From the sequence record NC_023693.1: DNA of 64,000 nucleotides; one strand, given 5' to 3'. The DNA is from Escherichia phage phi92. Both the position numbers and the translations under genes were made by a program. Below the pieces are notes generated by a model. It searched no databases. It was not told where the DNA came from and saw only the letters and a list, made by a program, of their open reading frames with translations. Below, piece by piece: positions 28,380 through 37,767 of this stretch; position 1 is the stretch's first letter, and each line of letters opens with the position of its first letter.

Positions 28380-29357
28380 TTAAGCAACAGTCTGGTCTTC
28401 TTTTTCAGGGAAGATTAAACTTGCAACAACACCCAACCCAAGAGTACCTAACACAATATACATACTGATCGTCGGATCAATGTGTGCTGGCAGGAAACTG
28501 GCTTTTGCGTGCAGAGTTTCTGCAAACGGGTGATACATCAGTTTTACACCCACAAACACCAGGACTACGATAACTGCTTTCTCCAGATGAACCAAATATT
28601 TCAGTGCAACACTAAGGACAAAGAACAGAGCACGTAGACCTAAGATTGCACAGAGCATCGAAGAGAACACTAGCAGAGGTTCTTGTGTCACTGCAATCAC
28701 TGCTGGAACAGAGTCTACTGCAAAGATTACGTCAACCATTTCCATTACAAACACACAAACCAGAGCCGGAGTTGCTACACGAACACCATTTTTGATTGTG
28801 AAGAACTTCTCACCATCCATCTGATCAGATACAGGGAACAGCTTACGAACAATGCGAGTAGCCCAGTGTTTAGAGTAATCAACTTCTGCATCATTATCTC
28901 CAGCGAATACCATTTTAGCCGCACAGAAAAGGATGACAGCACCGAAGAAGATATTAACATACCAGCCCAAACTCAACAAGTAAGTACCTACTGCTACAAA
29001 CACACCTCGGAAGACAATCGCACCTGCAATACCCCAAAGTAGAATCTTGTGCTGCAAGTGTGTGCTTTTAATACCAAAACTTGCGAATACTGCTACAAAT
29101 ACTACTAAGTTATCTACAGAAAGAGATTTCTCCAACACATACCCACTCAAGAACAAGCTCGCAAAATCAGCACCGTGTTGGAAGTATACAAAACCATAGT
29201 AGGCTAATGATACCCCAATCCAGAAAATTGACCAGCCAATTGCAGATTTAAATGAAATTTCTTTGTTTTCTCTGTGTCCAAAGAAATCAATACAAATCGA
29301 CAAGACTAAAATACCCACTAAAACAACCACATCAATAATTGGGAAACCCAGTTGCAT
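28380..29357 (-). CDS. TerC-family integral membrane protein
   Basis: 325 aa with multiple hydrophobic helices and conserved acidic residues in helices, as in TerC. Confidence 0.6.
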   Translation of the reverse strand: MQLGFPIIDVVVLVGILVLSICIDFFGHRENKEISFKSAIGWSIFWIGVSLAYYGFVYFQHGADFASLFLSGYVLEKSLSVDNLVVFVAVFASFGIKSTHLQHKILLWGIAGAIVFRGVFVAVGTYLLSLGWYVNIFFGAVILFCAAKMVFAGDNDAEVDYSKHWATRIVRKLFPVSDQMDGEKFFTIKNGVRVATPALVCVFVMEMVDVIFAVDSVPAVIAVTQEPLLVFSSMLCAILGLRALFFVLSVALKYLVHLEKAVIVVLVFVGVKLMYHPFAETLHAKASFLPAHIDPTISMYIVLGTLGLGVVASLIFPEKEDQTVA

Positions 29358-29375
29358 TCTTTTCTCCTCTTTAAT

Positions 29376-29396
29376 GCGGAGGACAATCCTCCGCTC
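29376..29396 (-). promoter_or_regulatory. hairpin in leader of TerC-like gene
   Basis: GCGGAGG-ACAAT-CCTCCGC located between the - strand RBS and the upstream gene. Confidence 0.3.
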
Positions 29397-29434
29397 TATG
29401 TCGTATACTATAAACTGTTTTTAAAGAAAGTCAA

Positions 29435-29683
29435 CTAGTTCAGTTCTGTAATTTTAAGTTTATCTTCTTTGTTAATGATAGGGAAAGCTACAGCATCACC
29501 TACATCATCAATAAAGCAAATAGCAAGACCACCTTCCACTTTGCTAACCTGACCATTAAAGGCGTGATACGGGGCAGGAACAATATCTCCATCTTCAAGG
29601 AGAATAGCCTCATAAACCTTACCAATAGTACAATCACGAGTGTTTTTAAATTTTTCAAGCACTTCAACATTTACTTTACGCAT
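29435..29683 (-). CDS. hypothetical protein
   Basis: 82 aa ORF. Confidence 0.35.
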   Translation of the reverse strand: MRKVNVEVLEKFKNTRDCTIGKVYEAILLEDGDIVPAPYHAFNGQVSKVEGGLAICFIDDVGDAVAFPIINKEDKLKITELN

Positions 29684-29697
29684 ATAAAGATCCTCTC

Positions 29698-29904
29698 TTA
29701 TTTGTTAGATTGAAAGATACCACGAAGTACCGCAAGAATGAACGTCACACAGACTACACTCCAAAACGTTACAGGAACATGATGCCAGTCTAAACCGATA
29801 ATGTCAATCATATAGTTGTATGCTAAAAGCAGTAGCCAACTAGGGATTAACACAATCAAGAACACAACAATAAAACAACCTAATACTGCTAAAACACCTG
29901 CCAT
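29698..29904 (-). CDS. small membrane protein
   Basis: 68 aa with two hydrophobic helices. Confidence 0.35.
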   Translation of the reverse strand: MAGVLAVLGCFIVVFLIVLIPSWLLLLAYNYMIDIIGLDWHHVPVTFWSVVCVTFILAVLRGIFQSNK

Positions 29905-29913
29905 ACTTTCTCC

Positions 29914-30630
29914 TTATTTCAGTTTGTAAACAATTACATTTAAACCTTTGTTCACTAGAGTTTCTTCGATCATAAGTTTTACAATATTCCAAGAACCTCC
30001 AGCCAAACCACAACCAAGCATTGGTAAACCTACAATTTTACCGCCTGAAGATACAACATCGTCTCCCATACTATCTAACGCATTGTAGATAGCTTCATAA
30101 TTCAGGTCACGCTTACCTTCCTCACGACGACTATAACCATATTGTCCATATAAATTATAAATTGTCAAATTGTTTTCTGTATACTTAGTAAACGTACCTA
30201 ATTTTTTATAATCACCACGTTTAGTGGCACAATCTGCTTTAAACGCACCAGGCCACTTGCTTTTAATTTTTGGTGCAATACCACTACCCATAGTGCAAAA
30301 ACAGTTACAGCAGTGTGCTATAGCGTCTATATCGCCTCTCTCGGCTGCTGCTAAAAGATCACCGTATACCTCAATGATACCTGCTGGATAACTTGTTACA
30401 ATTTCATCTTCCCAGTACATTTGCTCTACACCACCGATCAGTGCAAAGTTTTGTGTAATGCGATCATCAATATAATTAAGACCTGAAACATACACAGCAT
30501 ATTCATCCTGTGCTGTAATACCTTGTACACGAATTCTTAAGACACCATCTTTATCTGTTGCTACACGCCCAAAATCTTTTTCTGTAATATTGGTGATAGG
30601 ATCTCCGAAAGTCGTCACTTTATTAGACAT
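29914..30630 (-). CDS. macro-domain (ADP-ribose binding/hydrolase) protein
   Basis: GDIDAIAHCCNCFCTMGSGIAPKI and GLPMLGCGLAGGSW match macro-domain signature blocks; start set to ATG (MSNKV) with RBS aaagggga, 2 nt after the upstream stop. Confidence 0.5.
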   Translation of the reverse strand: MSNKVTTFGDPITNITEKDFGRVATDKDGVLRIRVQGITAQDEYAVYVSGLNYIDDRITQNFALIGGVEQMYWEDEIVTSYPAGIIEVYGDLLAAAERGDIDAIAHCCNCFCTMGSGIAPKIKSKWPGAFKADCATKRGDYKKLGTFTKYTENNLTIYNLYGQYGYSRREEGKRDLNYEAIYNALDSMGDDVVSSGGKIVGLPMLGCGLAGGSWNIVKLMIEETLVNKGLNVIVYKLK

Positions 30631-31480
30631 AATAATCCCCTTTAACATTAGATTTGTTGATAATGTTGCTTTCAAAAAATTGACGCAGGAAATCAAAGTT
30701 CTCTTTGTATTTTTCAATATTATTGTAACCTTCTGCAAGGCAACCAAAGAACAGTTGTTCTACATAATACAAAGGAAGTTGTGAAAGTGCAATTTTAAAA
30801 TCAACTTCGCTTTGACTCATTAGATACTTAATAGGACGAACCAAACATTTAGCATCAGTTTCTTGCTTAATCATTTTAATAAAAGCTGCCAGGTTATTGA
30901 TATAGTTGAAGTTAAGTGCAGCTTCGGTGTTGGCTTCTGTACCTTCATACTTTGCAAAGTACAGGAAAAACGTATCGTTTTCAACACCTTCTTTGTCTAA
31001 AATTTCAATAAGTTTTTCTTCGTGTGTACCTGTAATATTAACATCATCAATGAAAATCAGATTTTTATCGCCCCAAAAATCACGATTGATAGAGAAAGTA
31101 TCACCATCGATCAAAGCCTTACGATCTTCTTTGCTAAGAAATCCATAATCATTGATATAGCTCACTTTACGATGAACGATATCCCACTCTACTGCTTTAC
31201 CTCCTTTGATAGAGATTAGGTAGTTGAGGTGATCTACAAAATGTTCAGATAACACTGTAGCTGCATTTTTAACATAGTTATATGGAGATGGAATAACAAC
31301 AAAACTTTCATTTACCAGTCGTTCTTCATATTTAGAAAAGAAACTTTCAGCCAGAATGCGTCCCATTCTTTTTGCTGCCTGGTTGCTGCCAAACTTTAGT
31401 TTGGAATAATCTGCAATGTTAAATTTTGCTTCCTTCAGGTTAGTAAAAGTATTAGCAAAATGTTGAATTTGATTACGCAT
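30623..31480 (-). CDS. phosphoribosyltransferase-fold protein
   Basis: PRPP-binding-type motif NLIFIDDVNITGTHEE. Confidence 0.5.
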   Translation of the reverse strand: MRNQIQHFANTFTNLKEAKFNIADYSKLKFGSNQAAKRMGRILAESFFSKYEERLVNESFVVIPSPYNYVKNAATVLSEHFVDHLNYLISIKGGKAVEWDIVHRKVSYINDYGFLSKEDRKALIDGDTFSINRDFWGDKNLIFIDDVNITGTHEEKLIEILDKEGVENDTFFLYFAKYEGTEANTEAALNFNYINNLAAFIKMIKQETDAKCLVRPIKYLMSQSEVDFKIALSQLPLYYVEQLFFGCLAEGYNNIEKYKENFDFLRQFFESNIINKSNVKGDYYV

Positions 31481-32129
31481 TAATAAGTTCCTCTTTTTTA
31501 AGTTTAGCCAACAAGTCTTCTGGATTAATAATATGACAGAACTTCATCCCTATGTCAACAGCTTTTCCATCATAAATCAAACTATCTCCAACGTGTAAAA
31601 TCTCCTCTGGTGCGAGATCAAACGTTACCATTTCATCAAAAGAGAGTTTAAAAAACCTAGGATCTGGTTTACACAAGCAAAACTCATCAGAAAAATGCAT
31701 AAAGTCAAATGGTAATTTTGTCAAGCCAGAATATACAGCTAAGAAACTACCAGGTACAAAATTAGTATTGCTCTTAATACTCAAAGAGTAGGTTGAACTT
31801 AGCTCTTCCAACTTCTTGCAAAGTTCAGGATTCAAGGTTGGAGGATGTTTTATAAACATTGCTAAACAGTCTCTTTTTAACCCATCCACTTTATCAAGAT
31901 CAATGTTCAAACGAGTAGAAAGTGTTACCCAAGCATCCTTAGACGTTCCACAAATGCCTTTTTCTGCTTTTAAATCCAAGAGAGTTTTTACCTCTTTATA
32001 TACGGTAGCTGCTTCTACCTCAGAACAAGAGGCATACTCGGCAATAACCTTGTTGCGCTCTTCTGCATACAAAGGGTTAGCAGTAATAAGAGTATTCCAT
32101 ACATCAAAAGAAATATGCTTAACAGTCAT
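31473..32129 (-). CDS. HAD-superfamily hydrolase-like protein
   Basis: Motif I-like FDVWNTL (second Asp replaced), motif II SIKSNT, motif IV GDSLIYDGK; start set to ATG (MTVKHISF) after RBS ggagga. Confidence 0.5.
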   Translation of the reverse strand: MTVKHISFDVWNTLITANPLYAEERNKVIAEYASCSEVEAATVYKEVKTLLDLKAEKGICGTSKDAWVTLSTRLNIDLDKVDGLKRDCLAMFIKHPPTLNPELCKKLEELSSTYSLSIKSNTNFVPGSFLAVYSGLTKLPFDFMHFSDEFCLCKPDPRFFKLSFDEMVTFDLAPEEILHVGDSLIYDGKAVDIGMKFCHIINPEDLLAKLKKEELINA

Positions 32130-32131
32130 TT

Positions 32132-32287
32132 TTAATCCTCCGTCCAAAAGAATATCATCTGCTTAATTTTATTGATTTCTTGATGTAGTAACTTTCCAGC
32201 ATGTGATTGATCTTTAATATTGACAGCAAGAATTTCAAGTTCCGTTAGTTTTTCTTGGATAGCTTTATATTCATCATCTGTAAGCAT
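32132..32287 (-). CDS. small hypothetical protein (51 aa)
   Basis: ATG with RBS aagggga; in-frame stop overlaps RBS of the HAD gene; below track size cut-off. Confidence 0.35.
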   Translation of the reverse strand: MLTDDEYKAIQEKLTELEILAVNIKDQSHAGKLLHQEINKIKQMIFFWTED

Positions 32288-32298
32288 TTTCTTCCCCT

Positions 32299-32502
32299 TT
32301 AGAATGGTAATCTTTGTATGTCACTTATCCCCACACCAAGAAGTCTAGCAATATCCTTATCTAAAAGCAACTCTTTTTGTTCTAAAATGTTAATCAGATC
32401 TCCTAATACTTCTTTAATGTCACGATCATTTTTAGCAACGTGACCACCTGCCGTATCAACTTTATCTTTAAAAACAAAGTAATGATCCATAATACCCTCC
32501 AT
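32299..32502 (-). CDS. hypothetical protein
   Basis: 67 aa ORF. Confidence 0.35.
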   Translation of the reverse strand: MEGIMDHYFVFKDKVDTAGGHVAKNDRDIKEVLGDLINILEQKELLLDKDIARLLGVGISDIQRLPF

Positions 32503-32509
32503 ATAAATA

Positions 32510-32528
32510 AAGGAGGCTTTCGCCTCCT
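32510..32528 (-). terminator. terminator hairpin
   Basis: GGAGGC-TTTC-GCCTCC with flanking A/T runs, downstream of the ATPase gene. Confidence 0.45.
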
Positions 32529-32536
32529 TTTATCAC

Positions 32537-33697
32537 TTAGTAAGAACGAGCACCAAACACATACTCTGTGTAGTTTTTACGTTCTTTGTTTTTAATAACA
32601 ACTTCAATGTTGTTGCCTTTATCATCGGTGAACACAAAGTGATAACCGTCACCACCCATTGTACGGATGTGTTTTTCATCATACGTCAGCAAGATACGGT
32701 CTACACCCCAGTAGTAGTCACCTTCTTCATCTTTGTCTTCTACTGTAACGACCCCTTCCATTTCAGGAAGATGTTCTTCTCCTAGCTTATGGTCTACAGC
32801 TACAACATAACGATTACCGCTAAACAAACCCTGTGCTGTCATACCGTCAATATCGGTATCTGCCGAAACATCTCCTGTACGATCTACACCGTTGACTTTC
32901 AGAAGTTTAACTTCTTTTGCAGCATAGCGGTGTTCAGTAATACTGATACCCATTAATGCAAGTGCATCAGAGAATTTGTCATTAGGGTAACGGTTAAGTT
33001 CTTCTACTAATGACTGAACAATATCAAAGTTCAAGTCCACGGAAAGATTATAAAGCGTTTCAAAATCTGGTAAAAAGGCTTTGTTCTCCAGATTTTTAGC
33101 CAGATAGTCATCCATAGTAGCTTTAGGTAGTTTCTTATAGCTAAAGCTGTAGAAAATACGGCTAGGACGATTACGCAAAAATTCTGATACATAACCATCG
33201 TTTTTAGTCAATACAAACAGCTTGTCGTAGCCACCTACACCATCCAGCAGGGTAAGCAAGCCATCCTGTGCATCTTTTTCAGCATACAGTTTATCAAATT
33301 CATCGATCATAATCATCACAGGTTGTGTGATTTTAGACATAAAATTGATAAAGCCTTCGCCATTAAAAGCACTACCGATAGGAATAGTAGGAATACCCAT
33401 TTCACGAAGAGCAGAAGACAGCATTTTAGCTTGCAAAGTTTTACCGCTACCCTTCGTACCCTCAAGGAGAACACCTGTGTTTTTACCTTTGCGGCTAAGG
33501 AACGTCTTGATAATACGTTCTGATTTATCATCAGTATCACCGTATGTTACTGAAGGGACTTCCATATCGTTTTTAGGATACAGGAAGAACTCACCACTTT
33601 GAGTAACACCTACACCAAAAGTTCCTGCTGGAATTTCTTCAATATCTGTACCAGACTTCTGACGCAGGAAGATTTGATTGCCGAATACTGTAAACAT
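32537..33697 (-). CDS. P-loop ATPase (paralog of 48994-50121)
   Basis: Walker A GTKGSGKT, Walker B IMIDEFDKL; long collinear similarity to the + strand ATPase. Confidence 0.5.
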   Translation of the reverse strand: MFTVFGNQIFLRQKSGTDIEEIPAGTFGVGVTQSGEFFLYPKNDMEVPSVTYGDTDDKSERIIKTFLSRKGKNTGVLLEGTKGSGKTLQAKMLSSALREMGIPTIPIGSAFNGEGFINFMSKITQPVMIMIDEFDKLYAEKDAQDGLLTLLDGVGGYDKLFVLTKNDGYVSEFLRNRPSRIFYSFSYKKLPKATMDDYLAKNLENKAFLPDFETLYNLSVDLNFDIVQSLVEELNRYPNDKFSDALALMGISITEHRYAAKEVKLLKVNGVDRTGDVSADTDIDGMTAQGLFSGNRYVVAVDHKLGEEHLPEMEGVVTVEDKDEEGDYYWGVDRILLTYDEKHIRTMGGDGYHFVFTDDKGNNIEVVIKNKERKNYTEYVFGARSY

Positions 33698-33717
33698 AGT
33701 TTTCTCCTCTATTTAAT

Positions 33718-34188
33718 TTAGTCAGATTCCCAAATGTTGTCTTTCTTAATCCACATTCGTTGATTATCTGAACCTCTATAACGTTTCGTTGTTGGTTGAT
33801 TCATATCATACTTACCATCTATCACTATGTCAACCAGTTTTTTAATTTTTTCTGGAATTTCCTCAAAAAGATATCCTGTATATAAGACAATATCTTTTTT
33901 GTTTCCAAAACAATCTCTTACCTTCTCAAGAACATACTCTACAGTGTCAATGTTCTCTTTGTCAAGAGGTTCACCACCTAAAACTGTTAATCCTTTAATG
34001 AAAGGTCGAGATAAATCTTTCAAGATAAGATCTAATGTTTCAGTAGTGAACTCTTGTCCGTAGTTATACGACCAGGCTTTCTGGTTAAAGCAGCCACGGC
34101 AACCGTGGCTACAACCGCTCACCCACAAAGAGCATCTTACACCGTCACCGTTGAGCATGTCAACAGGTTCATATCCGGCGTAATTCAA
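33718..34188 (-). CDS. nrdG: anaerobic ribonucleotide reductase activating protein (radical SAM)
   Basis: CSHGCRGC radical-SAM cysteine cluster near N-terminus; 156 aa; adjacent to nrdD. Confidence 0.75.
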   Translation of the reverse strand: MNYAGYEPVDMLNGDGVRCSLWVSGCSHGCRGCFNQKAWSYNYGQEFTTETLDLILKDLSRPFIKGLTVLGGEPLDKENIDTVEYVLEKVRDCFGNKKDIVLYTGYLFEEIPEKIKKLVDIVIDGKYDMNQPTTKRYRGSDNQRMWIKKDNIWESD

Positions 34189-35164
34189 AAATGTTTCTCC
34201 CTTTCTAGTACCTCTTGCATTTTACCTTTATTATAAGGGCGAGAGTTAGGGGCAGAAAGGTATCCTGACACTCTTCTGATCACAGATATGGATTCTTCTT
34301 CATGATTACCGCAACTTGGACACTCGAAGCCTTTAGCCGTTGCTTTAAATTCACCATGAAAACCACATTTGAAACACTGATCTACAGGTTGGTTCACGCC
34401 AAAATAAGGAATTTTATTGTAGGCATAATCTACAAGAGTTTCCAGTGCTTGCAAGTTATTTTTAAGGTTTGGTGTTTCTACATAACCTATGTTCCCACCA
34501 TTACTAATTTGTGCAAAACCTTCCTCATAATCCCACTTTTGGAACGGGGTAGTGTGCATCCATACAGGTTGATGGAAAGAGTTTGTCAAGTAGTCACGAT
34601 CAATAGAACCAGGATAGCGATCATTTAACGCTTTGGCAAATTTATAGCACAAGGATTCTGCTGGTGTTCCATACAAACTAAAAGCTAAACCAGAACGTTC
34701 TTTAAATGTGCCACAGATATCCTTCATATATTGAAGGATGTTTTTACCCATTGCTTTTGGATTGGTGTTACCTGGGTATAAAATCTCCATAGCTTCTGCT
34801 AAACCTACATAACCGATACTAATAGAGGCATAACCACCTTCGAATAGTTTACCAATCTCTTCATTAGCTTCTAATCGAGCTAAAGCCCCTTCCATAAACA
34901 ATGTAGGGTTTTGAGATGCTTTGGTATGTCTAATACGGTTAACACGTAGCATATGTGCCTTATACGCCATCTCCATATGTTGTTCCAACAGTTCAGTAAA
35001 TAAGATGCCCTTTTCACGGGACTCTGCTGCAATGATAGGTAAGTTTAAAGAAACTACGCCTAAGTTGAAACGACCATCATATTTTTCACCTTGCTCTGTT
35101 GCATAGTATGACAAGAAACTTCTACACATTATGTTCAAAGTGGCTCGCAAGGCCACTCCCGCAC
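34185..35164 (-). CDS. nrdD: anaerobic ribonucleoside-triphosphate reductase, exon 2
   Basis: Glycyl-radical region RRVSGYL and C-terminal CFKCG...CPSCG zinc site; frame open upstream of the track start into the intron. Confidence 0.7.
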
Positions 35165-35398
35165 CATTACGTGCTGCTGCATGTCACCATGCAGATCAGA
35201 CTATATCTTCATGCTTAAAGCATGTCTACCATTTGGGGTGTCATAGGCTTACACCCTACGCTGCTACATTCATCACAGCTAGTCGTTAGGCATTTCGTAA
35301 CAGTACCCCCTTCTTCTGTGTTGGGAGTTCTGTTACGTTTAGCACGGGATTGTCTCGTTGAGAGTTCCCCCGTTTAGGCAGATTTTACATGAGCAGTT
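35165..35398 (-). ncRNA. group I intron (T4 td/nrdD-like), ORF-less; splice sites approximate
   Basis: About 235 nt interrupt nrdD; - strand reads ...TCTGCCTAAACGGGGGAACTCTCAACGAGACAATCCCGTGCTAAAC... closely resembling the conserved core of the T4 td intron as recalled from memory. Confidence 0.6.
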
Positions 35399-36263
35399 AT
35401 AGTTTACCCATGCTTGTGACGCGACCATCTGAAGATCCTGTAACTTCTTTGTTTAAAGGTACAGAGATAAAATCAGGATAAATGCGTTCAGCACAACACT
35501 CCATTGCCAGTTGCTTCAAATCATAGTTTGGATCGCCAGCTTTCATGTTAACACCATCTTCCAAGAAGAAGATAACTTTAGGAAACACAGGAGTTACCCT
35601 ATCTTTTCCTAATCCTTGTTTGTGCACCATTAGGTAGTTTTTAGTGATCATTCTACCAAAAGCAGAGGTATCCAAACCTAAACTAATTGTTATAAAAGGT
35701 GACTGACCATTTACACTCATTAGAGTGTTCACCTGGTAGATTAAAGTTTGCATTGCATCATAGACCTGTTTATCTACCATACGCATAGCAATATCATAAT
35801 CGCCAACATCGGCATATATTTTATTAAAACTTGCTTTAACGTATTGACTAAGCCCAGTATCAACATGTGCACAAGTTTGTCCACCATATTGGCTAGAAGC
35901 TACTGCTTGAATAATTTGAGTTAGGACAGTAGTCGCTACACCGATAGATTTTGGTTTTTCAATATGTGCATTACCAATACGGAAACCGTTCTCAAGCATA
36001 TCTTGGTAATTTACCAGGCAACAATTAGTTAAAGGTGAGAGTAAATAATCTAAATCGTGAATGTGACCATACCCACTTTTATGCCATTCTGCCAGATCTT
36101 CCGGTAAAATATGGGTCATTGCCATGTGCTTGCTTAGGATACCTGCTAGTAAATCTCGGTGAGTATTAACAATCATTGCAGGTTTGTTTGCATTTTCACG
36201 AGTAAATTCTTCGGATGTTTGTTCGAGGAATCCGATTACATCCTCATATAGTTTTTGGGTCAT
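35399..36263 (-). CDS. nrdD: anaerobic ribonucleoside-triphosphate reductase, exon 1
   Basis: 288 aa N-terminal portion ending a few codons into the intron; contiguous in function with exon 2. Confidence 0.7.
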
Positions 36264-36284
36264 TAATCCTCCGTGGAAAATAAA

Positions 36285-36301
36285 AGCCAGCTTAATGCTG
36301 G
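36285..36301 (-). terminator. terminator hairpin
   Basis: GCCAGC-TTAAT-GCTGGC with T-run on the - strand. Confidence 0.4.
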
Positions 36302-36352
36302 CTTTAGGGTGGATCTTTATTTTAAATCTTTTTCGTAAGATTGTCCTTGATC

Positions 36353-37303
36353 TTAGTCAAGGTTTTTGGTAATACGTGTACAACCGTCAGAAGTCAAACC
36401 GTCAAATTGAGTTTCCCAAGTGCCATGAATATTTCGGAACAATGTTGTTACACCTTTTGGTTCATTAATAATGATTGCCATAACAAGTTTAGGATCGATA
36501 ACAGACATAATCTTTTCCTCAATACCCTCTGTAATAACATTATTGCGCACAATATTAATTGCATCTTCTTGTACAGTAAGAACACTTACGTTCTTAAGAG
36601 TATATACCTGCTGTGTAGTGTAAATGATACGAACATAACTTACAGAACGAGTAGGCACAGGTTTACGCGGTCGGCGAAAACGTGGTTTTGGTGAAGATTC
36701 AGTCTTACTTTCATTTTTTGAATAATACTCCTCAAACAGTTTAGTAAATGTTTTTACATCAACTACAAACCGATCTTTCCGATATGGAGAATTCTTATGT
36801 GCACCATTAATACCACTGTTTTCATCGAAGAAAGTAATGTTTTCTTCAGTTGAATACATTAGATAATGATCTGCATTTTTCCAATGTGGTTGTGGACAAC
36901 GAGGATTACAAACGGAAAGCAGATAACTAATATCTTCTTCCGTGGCATCAGTATCCAGGAAACACGTATTATGCACAGTCAGTTGTACTTTTTCAGCCAT
37001 ATCTTTTTCTTTATCCTCTTTAGCAAGATATTCAGTACGAATAATCTCCAGAAAATTTTCAGGTGTTACTTCCATAAATGTATATTCAGGATGAAGTTCC
37101 ATATATTCAAATCCACAACCATCTAATTGCTGTAGAAAGTTAGGGTAGAAGAACAAATCATTAACACTGTGAATCAGATCATTGATTTCTGCTTCAGTTG
37201 TGTAACCAAAACTCTTGTGAATTGCTTCGTTAAGAATATGCAGGATACCCATCTCTTCTGCTGCTTTTTTAACTTCCAGTTTATTAGCGTAAAATGCAAT
37301 CAT
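36353..37303 (-). CDS. hypothetical protein
   Basis: 316 aa ORF. Confidence 0.4.
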   Translation of the reverse strand: MIAFYANKLEVKKAAEEMGILHILNEAIHKSFGYTTEAEINDLIHSVNDLFFYPNFLQQLDGCGFEYMELHPEYTFMEVTPENFLEIIRTEYLAKEDKEKDMAEKVQLTVHNTCFLDTDATEEDISYLLSVCNPRCPQPHWKNADHYLMYSTEENITFFDENSGINGAHKNSPYRKDRFVVDVKTFTKLFEEYYSKNESKTESSPKPRFRRPRKPVPTRSVSYVRIIYTTQQVYTLKNVSVLTVQEDAINIVRNNVITEGIEEKIMSVIDPKLVMAIIINEPKGVTTLFRNIHGTWETQFDGLTSDGCTRITKNLD

Positions 37304-37320
37304 TATGTTCTCCTTCTAAA

Positions 37321-37755
37321 TTAGTTTAAAATTTCTTTTGCAATGGTAGAAGCAAGTTTTCCATCATATTGGTTCGGATACTCTGCTTTAAGGTGTTTCA
37401 TCATATCTGGCATTTTCTTGCCTGTCAAGGCAAATTCTTCGGCAATAGCTCGAAGATCATCTTCAGATAGCATTTCTGGTAAATATTTTTCCAGGGTGGT
37501 GATATCACGCATAGCTCGCTCACATTTGCTAATGGAGGCATTAACTTTCTTAAGCGAGTCTAGTTCCTCTTTAGCGTGTGCAATACCAATCTTAACAATG
37601 TTAATCATAATATCATCTTCTGATTTATTCAGATTTGCCTTTTGAGTACGAGCAAGGTCAAACTCACCAATAATATTAGTTAACAAAGCAAAAGCACCCT
37701 TATCGGTTGTACGTGCTAAGATACGATCTGCTTTCATTTGTGTCACAATAGACAT
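37321..37755 (-). CDS. GatB/YqeY-domain protein
   Basis: C-terminal ...LKAEYPNQYDGKLASTIAKEIL typical of the GatB/YqeY helical domain. Confidence 0.45.
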   Translation of the reverse strand: MSIVTQMKADRILARTTDKGAFALLTNIIGEFDLARTQKANLNKSEDDIMINIVKIGIAHAKEELDSLKKVNASISKCERAMRDITTLEKYLPEMLSEDDLRAIAEEFALTGKKMPDMMKHLKAEYPNQYDGKLASTIAKEILN

Positions 37756-37767
37756 TCTATTCTCCTC

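Noticed and set aside
34185-36263. Treating the two nrdD ORFs as separate genes
   Set aside because: Together they reconstitute the N- and C-terminal halves of a single NrdD, and the sequence between them has group I intron hallmarks; annotated as two exons.
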